DNA of 61,523 bases from an uncultured Desulfobulbia bacterium (GTDB lineage: Bacteria > Desulfobacterota > Desulfobulbia > Desulfobulbales > VMSU01). Positions 51,060 through 61,201 of the stretch are shown here, one piece after another (within the stretch, counting starts at the first letter, position 1; every line of letters begins with the position of its first letter). The translations under genes were made by a program, and so were the position numbers. The notes under the pieces are model-generated. The model did no database searches, had not been told where the DNA came from, and saw only the letters and a program-made list of their open reading frames with translations. The stretch is from positions 1 to 61,523 of the forward strand of contig CAYTNB010000002.1 of the NCBI GenBank assembly GCA_964439085.1, written 5' to 3'.

Positions 51060-52269
51060 TAAAGATTTAATTTCACAAAGTGAAGCCGCCTTTATTGGCA
51101 CATACAACCGTTTTCCCACCGCCATGGTGGAAGGCCGAGGCTGTTGGCTCACTGATGCCGACGGTAAGCGGTATCTCGATTTTCTGTCGGGGATTGCGGT
51201 ATGCAGTTTGGGCCATTGTCATCCGGCAGTTACCAAGGCGATCTGTGAACAGGCCAGCCGCCTAATCCATGTTTCAAACCTCTTTTATACAGAGCCGCAA
51301 ACCAGGCTTGCCACGATGCTGCTGGAAAATTCCTTCGCCGACCGGGTATTTTTTGCCAATTCCGGGGCCGAAGCCAATGAAGCAGCTATAAAACTTGCCC
51401 GTATCTACAGTCCGGCGGAGCGTTACGAGATAATTAGCCTGGAGGGGTCATTTCATGGCCGTACTTTGGCTACGGTGGCAGCCACCGGCCAGCCCAAATT
51501 CCATGTCGGTTTTGAGCCAATGCCGCAAGGTTTTAAGACAGCGCCCTTCACATACGATCAGAATCACATCGCAAGCGACCTTGCCGCTTTAGAAGAGATG
51601 ATCAGCCCGCATACCTGCGCCATTCTCTGTGAACCACTACAGGGCGAGAGCGGTGTTCGGCCCTTAAGCAAAGAATATTTGCAAGGAATCCGCAATCTAT
51701 GCGACAAGCATAGCTTATTGCTTATCTATGATGAGATACAGGTTGGCCTAGGCCGCACAGGGTCGCTATTTGCCTATGAACAGCTTGGTGTTACCCCCGA
51801 TATTATGACTCTGGCCAAGGCCCTCGGCAATGGTCTGCCATTGGGCGCCATGCTGACAGTAAACAAGATAGCTGCCGCCTTTTCCCCAGGTACCCATGCC
51901 TCGACCTTTGGTGGCAATCCCGTGGCTTGTGCTGCCGGGGTGGCAGTGATGGAAACCATGCTGCAAGCAGATTTTATGCCTAAAGTGGTCGCAAAAGGGG
52001 CATATTTGGCGGCAGGTCTTGATCGACTTGTCAAAAAATATCCAATATTGGCCACCGGAGTCAGGGGGGCTGGCCTGATTCAGGCCCTGGTACTAAGCGA
52101 TATTGGCATTAAGCAGGGGACGACCATAATTAATAGCTTATTCGAGCAAGGAATACTGGCTAATTTTGCCGGTAATGCGGTATTGCGGTTTATTCCCCCC
52201 CTCATTATAAGCAACGCAGAAATTGACCAAATGCTAACCGTGTTGGATCAGGTATTGACAGAATCATAA
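51052..52269 (+). CDS. argD: Acetylornithine aminotransferase
   Basis: [28 protein letters not shown]; start ATG 51052. Confidence 0.95.
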   Translation: MNNKDLISQSEAAFIGTYNRFPTAMVEGRGCWLTDADGKRYLDFLSGIAVCSLGHCHPAVTKAICEQASRLIHVSNLFYTEPQTRLATMLLENSFADRVFFANSGAEANEAAIKLARIYSPAERYEIISLEGSFHGRTLATVAATGQPKFHVGFEPMPQGFKTAPFTYDQNHIASDLAALEEMISPHTCAILCEPLQGESGVRPLSKEYLQGIRNLCDKHSLLLIYDEIQVGLGRTGSLFAYEQLGVTPDIMTLAKALGNGLPLGAMLTVNKIAAAFSPGTHASTFGGNPVACAAGVAVMETMLQADFMPKVVAKGAYLAAGLDRLVKKYPILATGVRGAGLIQALVLSDIGIKQGTTIINSLFEQGILANFAGNAVLRFIPPLIISNAEIDQMLTVLDQVLTES

Positions 52270-52504
52270 CTCATAAATCCTAACACCTTCGTCTATAGGG
52301 GAAAGCACATATGGCTACGCTTGCGTCGGGTCATAACCCAATTGCTAACGTTATACTCCAGCATCGAATCAGTATTTTTATGCTGAATCTTGCAAAAAAA
52401 GTTTGCAAAAATTTTTTTTTTTTGTATTCATTAGCGTTTGGCTCAATCATCTTGGCAAGTGCTGAGTGCGTGATTGGGCCTGAATTATTTATGGTATCAG
52501 CAAA

Positions 52505-53419
52505 ATGACCACACATTTAACTTCCATTTGGGATTTTGACCGCCACCAGCTCATGACCTTTATAGATAGAGCTAGGCAGCTCAAATCCGAGTCTGAGCGT
52601 GGAATGCGACACAGCAGCCTGGCCGGTAAAACAATTGGCCTTATATTTGAAAAACCATCCACTCGTACCAGGGTTTCCTTTGAAACGGCAATGTATGGCA
52701 TGGGCGGCCAGGTAATTTACCTGCCGGGCCGGGACACACAGTTATCCCGAAACGAACCGCTGAAGGATATGGCCAGGGTAATGTCGAGATATGTGGATGG
52801 CCTGGTGGTCAGGACATTCGGCCAAAAAATTATCGATGAGCTGGCCTCCTACGCCTCTGTACCGGTAATTAACGCCTTAACTGACCTGCATCATCCCTGT
52901 CAGATATTAAGTGACGTGATGACCGTTATCGAAAAGAAAGGCTCCATCGCCGATCTGCATATTGCCTGGGTGGGTGATGGCAACAACATGGCAAATTCGT
53001 GGATCCACGCCGCCAGCCGTCTGGGCTTTCATCTTACCCTGGCCTGTCCAGAGGGATACGAACCAGATGCCAATATCATGGCCCAGGCAAGCGATAAGGC
53101 GGAAAAGCCCATAACTCTCTGCAAAGACCCCTATGAGGCAGTTAAGGGCGCCGATGTAATTAACGTTGATGTTTGGGCCAGCATGGGCCAGGAAGAGGAA
53201 GCTAATTCCCGCCTAAAGGTTTTTCGCCCCTATCAAATGAACAGCAACTTGCTGAATGCCGCCAATATTGAGGCCATTGTCCTGCACTGCCTTCCCGCCC
53301 ACAGAGAAGAGGAAATAACCGAGGAAGTGCTTGAAGGCCCACAATGCGTGGCCTTTGACCAAGCAGAGAATAAAATGCACATCCATAAGGCAATTCTGGA
53401 AAGTTTGCTGCTTTCTTAA
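52505..53419 (+). CDS. argF: Ornithine carbamoyltransferase
   Basis: STRTR, HPCQ, WASMG, HCLP. Confidence 0.97.
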   Translation: MTTHLTSIWDFDRHQLMTFIDRARQLKSESERGMRHSSLAGKTIGLIFEKPSTRTRVSFETAMYGMGGQVIYLPGRDTQLSRNEPLKDMARVMSRYVDGLVVRTFGQKIIDELASYASVPVINALTDLHHPCQILSDVMTVIEKKGSIADLHIAWVGDGNNMANSWIHAASRLGFHLTLACPEGYEPDANIMAQASDKAEKPITLCKDPYEAVKGADVINVDVWASMGQEEEANSRLKVFRPYQMNSNLLNAANIEAIVLHCLPAHREEEITEEVLEGPQCVAFDQAENKMHIHKAILESLLLS

Positions 53420-53424
53420 TTTTG

Positions 53425-53611
53425 TAACCAGAAGTAAGCGAGCCTGCGAGACTCCGGAAGCACACAGAAAAAATGGCATAAGGTTATTACTTTTGTAGTT
53501 TCTGGTGACTTTGGCACTATTCCAATATAAAAAACCACCATAGTTTGCCGCCACAAAAAAAAGAAAGCAATAGTTGCTTTTTCAGTGTGGTTCTGGGTGG
53601 TTCTGTGACTA
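53425..53611. repeat. Degenerate family H-like element with a micro-module
   Basis: taacca..[module]gaagcacacaga ... gtgtggttct..ggttctgtgac. Confidence 0.5.
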
Positions 53612-53637
53612 ATACAATTTAAATAAAGAGAAAACCT

Positions 53638-54846
53638 ATGAACTCAAAGATAAAGAAAATTGTGCTGGCCTATTCCGGCGGCCTGGATACCTCCGTAATT
53701 TTAAAATGGCTCTCAGAGGAGTATCAATGTCCCGTGGTGGCTTTTGCGGCTGACGTCGGGCAGACTGAGGACTGGCAGGCGGTACGGGACAAAGGGATGG
53801 CAACTGGCGCAGAGAAGGTGGTAATTTCCGATCTGCGGGAGGAATTTGTACGTGATTATGTCTTTCCTGCCTTTCGAGCCAATGCCATCTACGAAGGCTC
53901 ATATTTATTGGGAACCTCTTTGGCGCGCCCGGTTATTGCCAAGGAACAGGTACGAGTTGCCGCTGAAAACGGCGCCGATGCCGTGAGTCACGGCGCTACT
54001 GGTAAGGGTAACGATCAGGTGCGCTTTGAAATGACCTACTTGGCCTTAAACCCGCAGCTTAAGATAATTGCCCCGTGGCGTATCTGGGATCTTAATTCTC
54101 GCACTAAATTAATGGATTATGCCAAAAGAAATGGTATTCCGGTACCGGTTACCAAGAAAAACCCCTATAGCTCCGATGAAAATCTGCTCCATATCAGTTT
54201 TGAAGGCGGTATTCTGGAAGACCCTTGGAATGAGCCTGATGAGGCCATGTTTAAGCTCAGCAAATCTCCTGAATCTGCTCCAGACAAGGCTACCTATATC
54301 GAATTGGAATTTAAGCAGGGTAATCCGGTGGCCATTGACGGCGAATCTTTAACAGCCGCCGCCATGCTGACCCGTCTCAATCAATTGGGCGGCGAAAACG
54401 CCATCGGGCGGCTGGATATGGTAGAGAATCGTTTTGTGGGCATGAAGTCAAGAGGGGTCTATGAGACTCCGGGCGGCACAATTTTGCGGATCGCCCACCG
54501 GGACTTAGAAACGATAACCCTGGATCGGGAGGTAATGAAGATTCGTGACAGTCTAACTCCCAAATATAGCGAAATGGTCTATAACGGTTTCTGGTTTGCC
54601 CCGGAAATGGAGCTTATGCAAAAAACCATGGACACGGCCCAGGCAACAGTCAACGGTGTTGTTCGCCTGAAACTATATAAGGGTAATTGCATTCCAATAG
54701 GTCGTAAATCGGATAATTCTCTTTATCAGGAGAGCTTTGCTACCTTTGAGGAAGACGATGTCTATACCCAGTCAGATGCGGCAGGTTTTATTCGTTTAAA
54801 TGCCTTGCGCCTCACGATTCAGGCTTTAAATAAAAAAGGTAATTAA
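53638..54846 (+). CDS. argG: Argininosuccinate synthase
   Basis: [33 protein letters not shown]. Confidence 0.98.
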   Translation: MNSKIKKIVLAYSGGLDTSVILKWLSEEYQCPVVAFAADVGQTEDWQAVRDKGMATGAEKVVISDLREEFVRDYVFPAFRANAIYEGSYLLGTSLARPVIAKEQVRVAAENGADAVSHGATGKGNDQVRFEMTYLALNPQLKIIAPWRIWDLNSRTKLMDYAKRNGIPVPVTKKNPYSSDENLLHISFEGGILEDPWNEPDEAMFKLSKSPESAPDKATYIELEFKQGNPVAIDGESLTAAAMLTRLNQLGGENAIGRLDMVENRFVGMKSRGVYETPGGTILRIAHRDLETITLDREVMKIRDSLTPKYSEMVYNGFWFAPEMELMQKTMDTAQATVNGVVRLKLYKGNCIPIGRKSDNSLYQESFATFEEDDVYTQSDAAGFIRLNALRLTIQALNKKGN

Positions 54847-54848
54847 TA

Positions 54849-56249
54849 ATGAGTAAATCCACAGACGGGGCGACCAAGCTTTGGGGCGGACGTTTTCAGG
54901 AACGAACTGCTGCTTCGGTGGAGGCCTTTACCGCCTCTATTCAATATGATTCAAGACTTTACCGGTATGATATTGCTGGAAGTCAAGCCCACGCCAGGAT
55001 GTTAGCCCGTCAGGGACTGATAACCGAGGTGGAATGTGAGTCTATTGTTAAGGGACTTAATGAGATTGAGCGTGAGATTGAGCGTGGTGATTTTGTCTTC
55101 AAATCTGAGCTGGAAGATATTCATATGAATATCGAAAAGGCCCTGGCAGATAAAATTGGCTCTGCCGGGGAGCGCCTGCATACCGCCCGCAGCCGCAACG
55201 ATCAGGTTGCCCTGGATATTCGGCTTTACCTGCGAGCCGAAACGCACCATTTTCAAAATCTGTTGGTGGAATTGCAACGTAGCCTGGTTCGTCTGGCCCG
55301 TAAATATCAGCATACCGTGATGCCGGGCTATACCCATATGCAACGAGCCCAACCAGTATTGGCTGCCCACCATCTTCTGGCCTATTACGAGATGTTTGGA
55401 CGCGATCGACAGCGCTTGGCCGATGGCCTGGTGCGGATCAATGTCATGCCCCTTGGCTCTGCCGCTTTGGCTGGCACCGGCCTCCCCATTGATCGACATT
55501 ATGTGGCAGAACTGCTTGGTTTTCCGACGGTATCTGCTAACAGTATGGACTCAGTGGCGGATCGTGATTTTGTGATTGAATTTCTAGCCACAGCAGCCAT
55601 GATTCAAGTGCACCTGAGCCGCCTGTCTGAAGAGCTGGTGCTGTGGGCAAGTGAGGAATTTTCCTTTATTAGCCTGGCCGATAGTTTTTGTACTGGTAGC
55701 AGCATAATGCCCCAAAAAAAGAATCCGGATATTCCAGAATTGATCCGTGGAAAGACTGGCCGGGTTACCGGCAATTTAATGGCCCTGCTCACCCTAATGA
55801 AGGGGCTGCCCATGACCTATAACCGGGATTTGCAGGAGGACAAGGAACCTCTATTTGATACCATTGATACTGTAGGGCCAAGCATTGGTATTATGACTGA
55901 ACTCCTGGCCCACCTCGAATTCAACCGGGAACGTTTGGCACAGGCCACTACTGGCGGTTATATGACGGCTACTGATTTGGCTGATTATCTGGTGCGACAA
56001 AATATTCCCTTCCGGCAGGCGCATGCCATTGTGGGCCGAACTGTAGCTTACGGACTTGAGCAAGGGAAAGAGTTACACGAAATGAGCCTTGATGATTTGC
56101 GGCAGTTTTCTGACCAAATTGCCGATGATGTCTTTACCGTACTATCTGCCGCCGGCTCGGTGAATAGTCGGGTATCGATAGGCGGCACCTCCGGGCAAAG
56201 CGTGGCTATCGCTCTGGCAAAAGCCGAAAAAGAGTTGGAGTTGCAGTGA
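54849..56249 (+). CDS. argH: Argininosuccinate lyase
   Basis: LWGGRF, RSRNDQ, GSSIMPQKKNPD. Confidence 0.98.
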   Translation: MSKSTDGATKLWGGRFQERTAASVEAFTASIQYDSRLYRYDIAGSQAHARMLARQGLITEVECESIVKGLNEIEREIERGDFVFKSELEDIHMNIEKALADKIGSAGERLHTARSRNDQVALDIRLYLRAETHHFQNLLVELQRSLVRLARKYQHTVMPGYTHMQRAQPVLAAHHLLAYYEMFGRDRQRLADGLVRINVMPLGSAALAGTGLPIDRHYVAELLGFPTVSANSMDSVADRDFVIEFLATAAMIQVHLSRLSEELVLWASEEFSFISLADSFCTGSSIMPQKKNPDIPELIRGKTGRVTGNLMALLTLMKGLPMTYNRDLQEDKEPLFDTIDTVGPSIGIMTELLAHLEFNRERLAQATTGGYMTATDLADYLVRQNIPFRQAHAIVGRTVAYGLEQGKELHEMSLDDLRQFSDQIADDVFTVLSAAGSVNSRVSIGGTSGQSVAIALAKAEKELELQ

Positions 56250-56273
56250 AGCAAGTGCGCATTACATTGAGAC

Positions 56274-56473
56274 CTAACGCCCCACGAGGGGATACCGGAG
56301 TCTACGCTTACCAAGTGCCTCGTAAACCTTAATTAAAAAAATGAACATCGAACATCGAATTGCGGAAGTCGCTGCACCCCATCTGTTTAATGCCAAAAAC
56401 ACCTTATTCGACGTTCAATATCAGAGGATTTCGCTTACCTCAATGTTGAATATCGAAGGCTTTCGCTTACCTG
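56274..56473. repeat. Composite repeat remnant: B fragment, C left end, aacatcgaa-type repeats, two partial modules
   Basis: ctaacgccccacgagggg..cggagtctacgcttacc, gtgcctcgtaaaccttaa, aacatcgaacatcgaa, ttcgcttacct twice. Confidence 0.7.
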
Positions 56474-57540
56474 AACTTTGCTCTTTTAAACCCAGTCGTA
56501 ATCTACTGACCATTTCTCTCCTCTGCCTATTCTTTTCGATGCTGTGTGGCTGTGGCCGTAAAACTCTACCCATCCCCCCCCAAGATGCGGTTCCTGCCCC
56601 CATTACCGATCTAAGCGCTCATCAAGACGGTAATAAAATTGTCCTGAACTGGACGATTCCCAAGCGTACCACTGTAGGCTCCAGGCTACCGCAGATCAAG
56701 GCCTTTCAATTATTGAGAGCAGTAGTGACAGAGGATGCCTGTCTAACTTGCCCTGTATCTTTTACCAGCACGATTGAATTACCCCTAGATCAGGTCACAC
56801 AAAACTTTAAGGCCAAGATAGGCCAATATTCCGAAACCCTTTTGCGGCCGGAACATCGATACATCTATAAAATAAGAACCAGGGCAGGTTGGCGTTTAAT
56901 CAGCGACGATTCTAACCAGGTTGCCTTTCTCTGGCTCTCCCCCCCGGAGGCCCCCAGGGAACTTCAGGTCACGGCGGGAGATCAACAAATTAGTTTAAAA
57001 TGGCAGGCAGCAACCAGGATGGTCAATGGCAATCCGCTGACTGGCGACCTGCGTTACCGGGTATACCGCGGCCTGAATAACAAAGATCTACAAGCCATTA
57101 GTGAGCCTGTCGCTACCCCCTCTTATGAGGATATCGGACTTTTAAATGGCCGCCATTATTATTATAAGGTCACCGCCGAATTACAACGTGATAATGCCCG
57201 GATTGAAGGACTGGCAAGCCCCATTGCCTCTGCCACCCCACACGACTTAACGGCTCCGCCTCCACCTCGAAATCTTGTTGTGGTCAAAATGGCAACAGGT
57301 ATCAAAATATTATGGGAACGGACAACCAGCTCCGATTTAGCGGGATACCGGGTCTATCGGCGTCTGGCCGATGGTAAATTGACCAAAATAGGCGAGGCGG
57401 ATGCCAGCGGCAATGCCTTTGTCGATCAAAAACCGCCCACTGGCCCTACCTCATGGTATTACGCCGTTACATCCTTTGACCGGGCCCAGCCTGCCAACGA
57501 AAGCACATACTCTCAGGAGATTATATATGAATCATTTTGA
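56443..57540 (+). CDS. Lipoprotein with fibronectin type III repeats and LptM/LppL-like N-terminal motif
   Basis: Lipobox LCGC then GRKTLPIPP; Fn3-like units (LNW, LKW..YRVYR..YYYKV, LW..GYRVYR..YYAV); start uncertain (56341 or 56443). Confidence 0.8.
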   Translation: MLNIEGFRLPELCSFKPSRNLLTISLLCLFFSMLCGCGRKTLPIPPQDAVPAPITDLSAHQDGNKIVLNWTIPKRTTVGSRLPQIKAFQLLRAVVTEDACLTCPVSFTSTIELPLDQVTQNFKAKIGQYSETLLRPEHRYIYKIRTRAGWRLISDDSNQVAFLWLSPPEAPRELQVTAGDQQISLKWQAATRMVNGNPLTGDLRYRVYRGLNNKDLQAISEPVATPSYEDIGLLNGRHYYYKVTAELQRDNARIEGLASPIASATPHDLTAPPPPRNLVVVKMATGIKILWERTTSSDLAGYRVYRRLADGKLTKIGEADASGNAFVDQKPPTGPTSWYYAVTSFDRAQPANESTYSQEIIYESF

Positions 57541-58780
57541 TTATCGGAAAGGTTTGCTACACGCCGAGGACGTGCCGGTAACAGCTATCGCTGAAGCCAT
57601 TGGCACCCCTTTTTATCTCTATAGCTCTGCCACCCTGACCAAACATTTTAAGGCCGTTGACCAGGCCTTTGCAAATATTTCTCACATTACCTGTTTCGCC
57701 GTAAAATCATGCTCCAACCTCTCCATTTTGGGAATGTTTGGGAGCATGGGCGGCGGCGCAGATATAGTGTCAGGCGGCGAATTGTTCCGGGCAGTCAAGG
57801 CCAGGATTGATCCCAAAAAAATTGTCTATTCCGGCGTAGGTAAAACAACAGAGGAGTTGCACTACGCCCTCACTACCGGCATCTTGATGTTTAATGTAGA
57901 ATCGTTACAGGAATTGGAAAAATTGCAGGAAGTAGCAGCCAAACTTGACCTGCAGGCACCCATCGCCCTGCGGATTAATCCGGATGTCGATCCCAAGACA
58001 CATGCCTATATTTCTACCGGTCTGGCCAAGAATAAATTTGGCATTCCCATCGAGCAGGCAGCGGAGATTTATCAGGCGGCGCAGAAAATGACCTATATTG
58101 AGGTTATTGGCGTGAGCTGCCATATCGGCTCCCAATTAACCACGGTAGCACCTTTTATAGAGTCCATGCACAAAGTGATTGCCTTCATCAAAGAATTGGC
58201 AAAATCTGGCATTCAGATTAAATATCTCGATATGGGCGGCGGCCTGGGAATTAAATATGATCAGGAAGAACCACCACAACCAGACGAGTATGCTGCCGCT
58301 CTTAAGGAACTAACGGCAGAGCTAAATGACTGCATCTTGATAATCGAACCAGGACGAGTTATAGTTGGAAACGCCGGTATTCTGGTGACCAAGGTTATTT
58401 ATACCAAATCCGGCCAGAAAAAATTTATCATTGTCGATGCCGGAATGAATGATCTGGCTCGGCCAAGTTTGTATGATTCCTATCACGAGATATTGCCCGT
58501 ACTTGAAACACAGAACGGCCTCCAGGAGGCAGATATTGTCGGGCCAATTTGTGAGACGGGAGATTTTCTGGCCAAGGGCCGCATGGCACCAATCTGTGAG
58601 CAAGGTGACCTACTGGCAGTTATGAGTGCGGGGGCCTACGGTTTTTCCATGTCATCCAATTATAATTCCCGGCCCAGGGTGGCCGAGGTCATGGTTAATG
58701 GTTCGGAATTTCAGGTTATCAGAAAAAGAGAGACCTTTGCGGATTTGATCAGAGGCGAGGCGGGGCCAGAGGACAAATAA
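57527..58780 (+). CDS. lysA: Diaminopimelate decarboxylase
   Basis: FAVKS, HIGSQ, EPGR, VGPICETGD, SNYNSRP; start ATG 57527. Confidence 0.97.
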   Translation: MNHFDYRKGLLHAEDVPVTAIAEAIGTPFYLYSSATLTKHFKAVDQAFANISHITCFAVKSCSNLSILGMFGSMGGGADIVSGGELFRAVKARIDPKKIVYSGVGKTTEELHYALTTGILMFNVESLQELEKLQEVAAKLDLQAPIALRINPDVDPKTHAYISTGLAKNKFGIPIEQAAEIYQAAQKMTYIEVIGVSCHIGSQLTTVAPFIESMHKVIAFIKELAKSGIQIKYLDMGGGLGIKYDQEEPPQPDEYAAALKELTAELNDCILIIEPGRVIVGNAGILVTKVIYTKSGQKKFIIVDAGMNDLARPSLYDSYHEILPVLETQNGLQEADIVGPICETGDFLAKGRMAPICEQGDLLAVMSAGAYGFSMSSNYNSRPRVAEVMVNGSEFQVIRKRETFADLIRGEAGPEDK

Positions 58781-58819
58781 AGGTCTGTAAGGAAATAACC
58801 GGGCTAATATTACGCCTAG

Positions 58820-58994
58820 GAGGCTGTCCGAGAATAGAAGCCGTGCGAAAAATTAGAGAATTGAGACCAGTTTATCGATCATTTCCAGGCAATAACAGCG
58901 CTATTAGACGAAAATTAGCAAAAAACTGGGCCAATTTCTCCGGCTTCGATGTCTGCGCTTATCTGCAGCAAGCTCCCTATTCTCGGACAGCCTC
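58820..58994. mobile_element. Family G MITE
   Basis: Perfect TIR gaggctgtccgagaatag / ctattctcggacagcctc; flanks ctag / ccag. Confidence 0.88.
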
Positions 58995-59081
58995 CCAGAT
59001 TCAAACCTGGCCCGAAGATAAGATGTAAGATTGGCCAGGTTTTTTTTACAGGATCTAAGTATAGTGTAGCGGAGACTTCAG

Positions 59082-59936
59082 ATGGCAGAGAACAAAAAAC
59101 AACTTTGGCCATTACCCATACCATTTACCAAGATGAGTGGGGCGGGGAATGACTTTATTATTTGTGATCACCGCAAGCCCTTTTTGGCTGAGAATGAGAT
59201 GGCGGAATTGGCCAGACTGATCTGCCGCCGCAAGTTTTCTGTTGGGGCCGATGGTCTTATATTGATCGAGAATGATCCACAGGTGGATTTTCTCTGGCAC
59301 TTCTATAATGCCGATGGTAGTTTGGCGGAAATGTGCGGGAATGGGGCACGTTGTGCGGCCCGTTTTGCCTATGATTTAGGTATTGCCCCGGCATCAATGC
59401 GTTTTAAGACGGTGGCTGGGGTGATTGAGGCTGAAATTATCGAAGCGGCAGTGAAGCTTAAAATGACAACGCCTGTTGACTTACGGCTTGATCAGCAAAT
59501 TACCATAAACTCTAAAGAAATCTCGGGCCACCACATAAATACTGGTGTGCCCCATGTGGTTATCTTTGTTGATGACATCACCAAAGTACCAATAATCGAG
59601 CAGGGACGTGCGGTTCGTAATCACGCCGTTTATCAGCCTGCCGGAGCCAATGTAAATTTTGTGGAGATGCGAGGGGCTCAAGAGCTGTACGTTCGAACCT
59701 ATGAACGCGGCGTAGAAGGAGAAACCATGGCTTGCGGCACCGGAGCTGTGGCAGCTGCTCTTATTGCCGCCCGGATCAGACGCGCTGTGTCACCGGTGCG
59801 TATAATTACCTCGGGCGGCGACTCTCTGTATATTCATTTTCGCCTGGACACAGATAAGGATGTCCACGAAGTGTATCTTGAGGGCCCAGCCCATACTATT
59901 TATAGCGGACAACTGCGAGAAGACTCCTTAAAATGA
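59082..59936 (+). CDS. dapF: Diaminopimelate epimerase
   Basis: GAGNDF, EMCGNGARC, GVPH, ERG..ETMACGTG. Confidence 0.97.
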   Translation: MAENKKQLWPLPIPFTKMSGAGNDFIICDHRKPFLAENEMAELARLICRRKFSVGADGLILIENDPQVDFLWHFYNADGSLAEMCGNGARCAARFAYDLGIAPASMRFKTVAGVIEAEIIEAAVKLKMTTPVDLRLDQQITINSKEISGHHINTGVPHVVIFVDDITKVPIIEQGRAVRNHAVYQPAGANVNFVEMRGAQELYVRTYERGVEGETMACGTGAVAAALIAARIRRAVSPVRIITSGGDSLYIHFRLDTDKDVHEVYLEGPAHTIYSGQLREDSLK

Positions 59937-59944
59937 GTAACTTT

Positions 59945-60170
59945 GATGCACTCGTAAAAAGTCTCGGAATGGCTAAGTAGCTAAGCGTAGACTGCGAAAA
60001 GTTTGATATACAGGTAAGCGAACGGAGTGAGACTCCAGGTAAGCAAACGAAGTGAGACTCCGAGGCGTAGTGATTTTTTAGGTGCAAGGCCATACATATG
60101 GTATACCTCTTGTTACAACGCAGTAGATCGGATTGCTATACCCCTTTTGGGTACTTATTACGAGACCATC
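59945..60170. mobile_element. Family A copy A7 with tandem micro-modules
   Basis: Perfect TSD aacttt at 59939-59944 and 60171-60176. Confidence 0.92.
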
Positions 60171-60307
60171 AACTTTGGTTAACAATTTTATCGAATGGAG
60201 CGTTTTAAATCGTGTAGGGTGTTTTGTGTTTACACATTTTAATAATGTTTCTCTGAACAGAATAATAAACAGATTTAGTAACGATAAACCAAATGAGGAA
60301 GAAAAAA

Positions 60308-61192
60308 ATGACTGAATTTAAAGGAGCATATGTAGCCATCGTGACACCATTTGCAGATGGCAAGCTGGATGAGCAGGGGTTATGTGACCTTGTAGATTTT
60401 CAGGTGACAAATGGTACTAATGGCATCGTGCCTTGCGGCACTACCGGTGAATCCGCTACCCTTAGTCATGAGGAACACCATAAGGTGGTGGAATTAACCA
60501 TCAAAACGGTAAATGGGCGTACTCCGGTTCTGGCCGGCACCGGCTCCAACAGTACTAGCGAGACCATTGAGCTCACGAAACATGCCAAAGCGGCGGGCGC
60601 CGACGGTTCGCTAATAATTACACCCTATTATAACCGTCCTTCTCAGAATGGTTTATATCAGCATTTTAAGGCGGCTGCTGAGGCGGTGGATATTCCCATT
60701 ATTATGTACAATGTTCCATCGCGCACAGGAATAAACATGTTGCCGGAGACGGTGTCTCGCTGCGCCCAGATTGAAAATATTGTCGGAATCAAGGAGGCAA
60801 CAGCCGATCTGAACCAGATAAGCGAGATTATCCGCCTCTGCCCAGATGATTTTTCTGTTCTGTCTGGTGATGATTTTACCTCAATGGCCACCGTTGCTAT
60901 TGGCGGCAAGGGACTGATTTCAGTAACCTCAAATGTAGCGCCCAAGGATGTGGCGGATATGATCAATCTGGCCCTGGCTGGTGATTTTACCAAGGCTAAG
61001 GATTTGCATTATAAACTGTTCCCCTTGATGCAGGCCATGTTTTATGAGTGCAACCCGGTGCCGGCCAAGGCCACCCTGGAATTGATGGGTAAGATTAAAT
61101 CGGGATCGCCAAGATTACCATTGGCTCCCATAAGTGCCGTGAATTTTGAGAGATTGAAGAAGGCTATTTCCGAATATGGGTTATTGGCCTAG
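60308..61192 (+). CDS. dapA: 4-hydroxy-tetrahydrodipicolinate synthase
   Basis: GTTGES, PYYN, YNVPSRT, GIKEA. Confidence 0.97.
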   Translation: MTEFKGAYVAIVTPFADGKLDEQGLCDLVDFQVTNGTNGIVPCGTTGESATLSHEEHHKVVELTIKTVNGRTPVLAGTGSNSTSETIELTKHAKAAGADGSLIITPYYNRPSQNGLYQHFKAAAEAVDIPIIMYNVPSRTGINMLPETVSRCAQIENIVGIKEATADLNQISEIIRLCPDDFSVLSGDDFTSMATVAIGGKGLISVTSNVAPKDVADMINLALAGDFTKAKDLHYKLFPLMQAMFYECNPVPAKATLELMGKIKSGSPRLPLAPISAVNFERLKKAISEYGLLA

Positions 61193-61201
61193 AAACTATT
61201 T

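Noticed and set aside
52311-52516. Short ORFs between argD and argF
   Set aside because: Low-complexity homopolymer DNA with no recognisable protein.
60012-60020. AG|GTAAG resemblance of the micro-module to a spliceosomal donor or group II intron end
   Set aside because: Bacterial intergenic context, both orientations, no GTGCG start or domain V.
5156-60315. Small ORFs in repeats or spacers (5156, 21329, 25306, 36323, 58843, 59896, 60133) and N-terminal extensions of pgsA, pyrD, argD, lysA
   Set aside because: Chance frames in non-coding DNA or overlaps with neighbouring genes.
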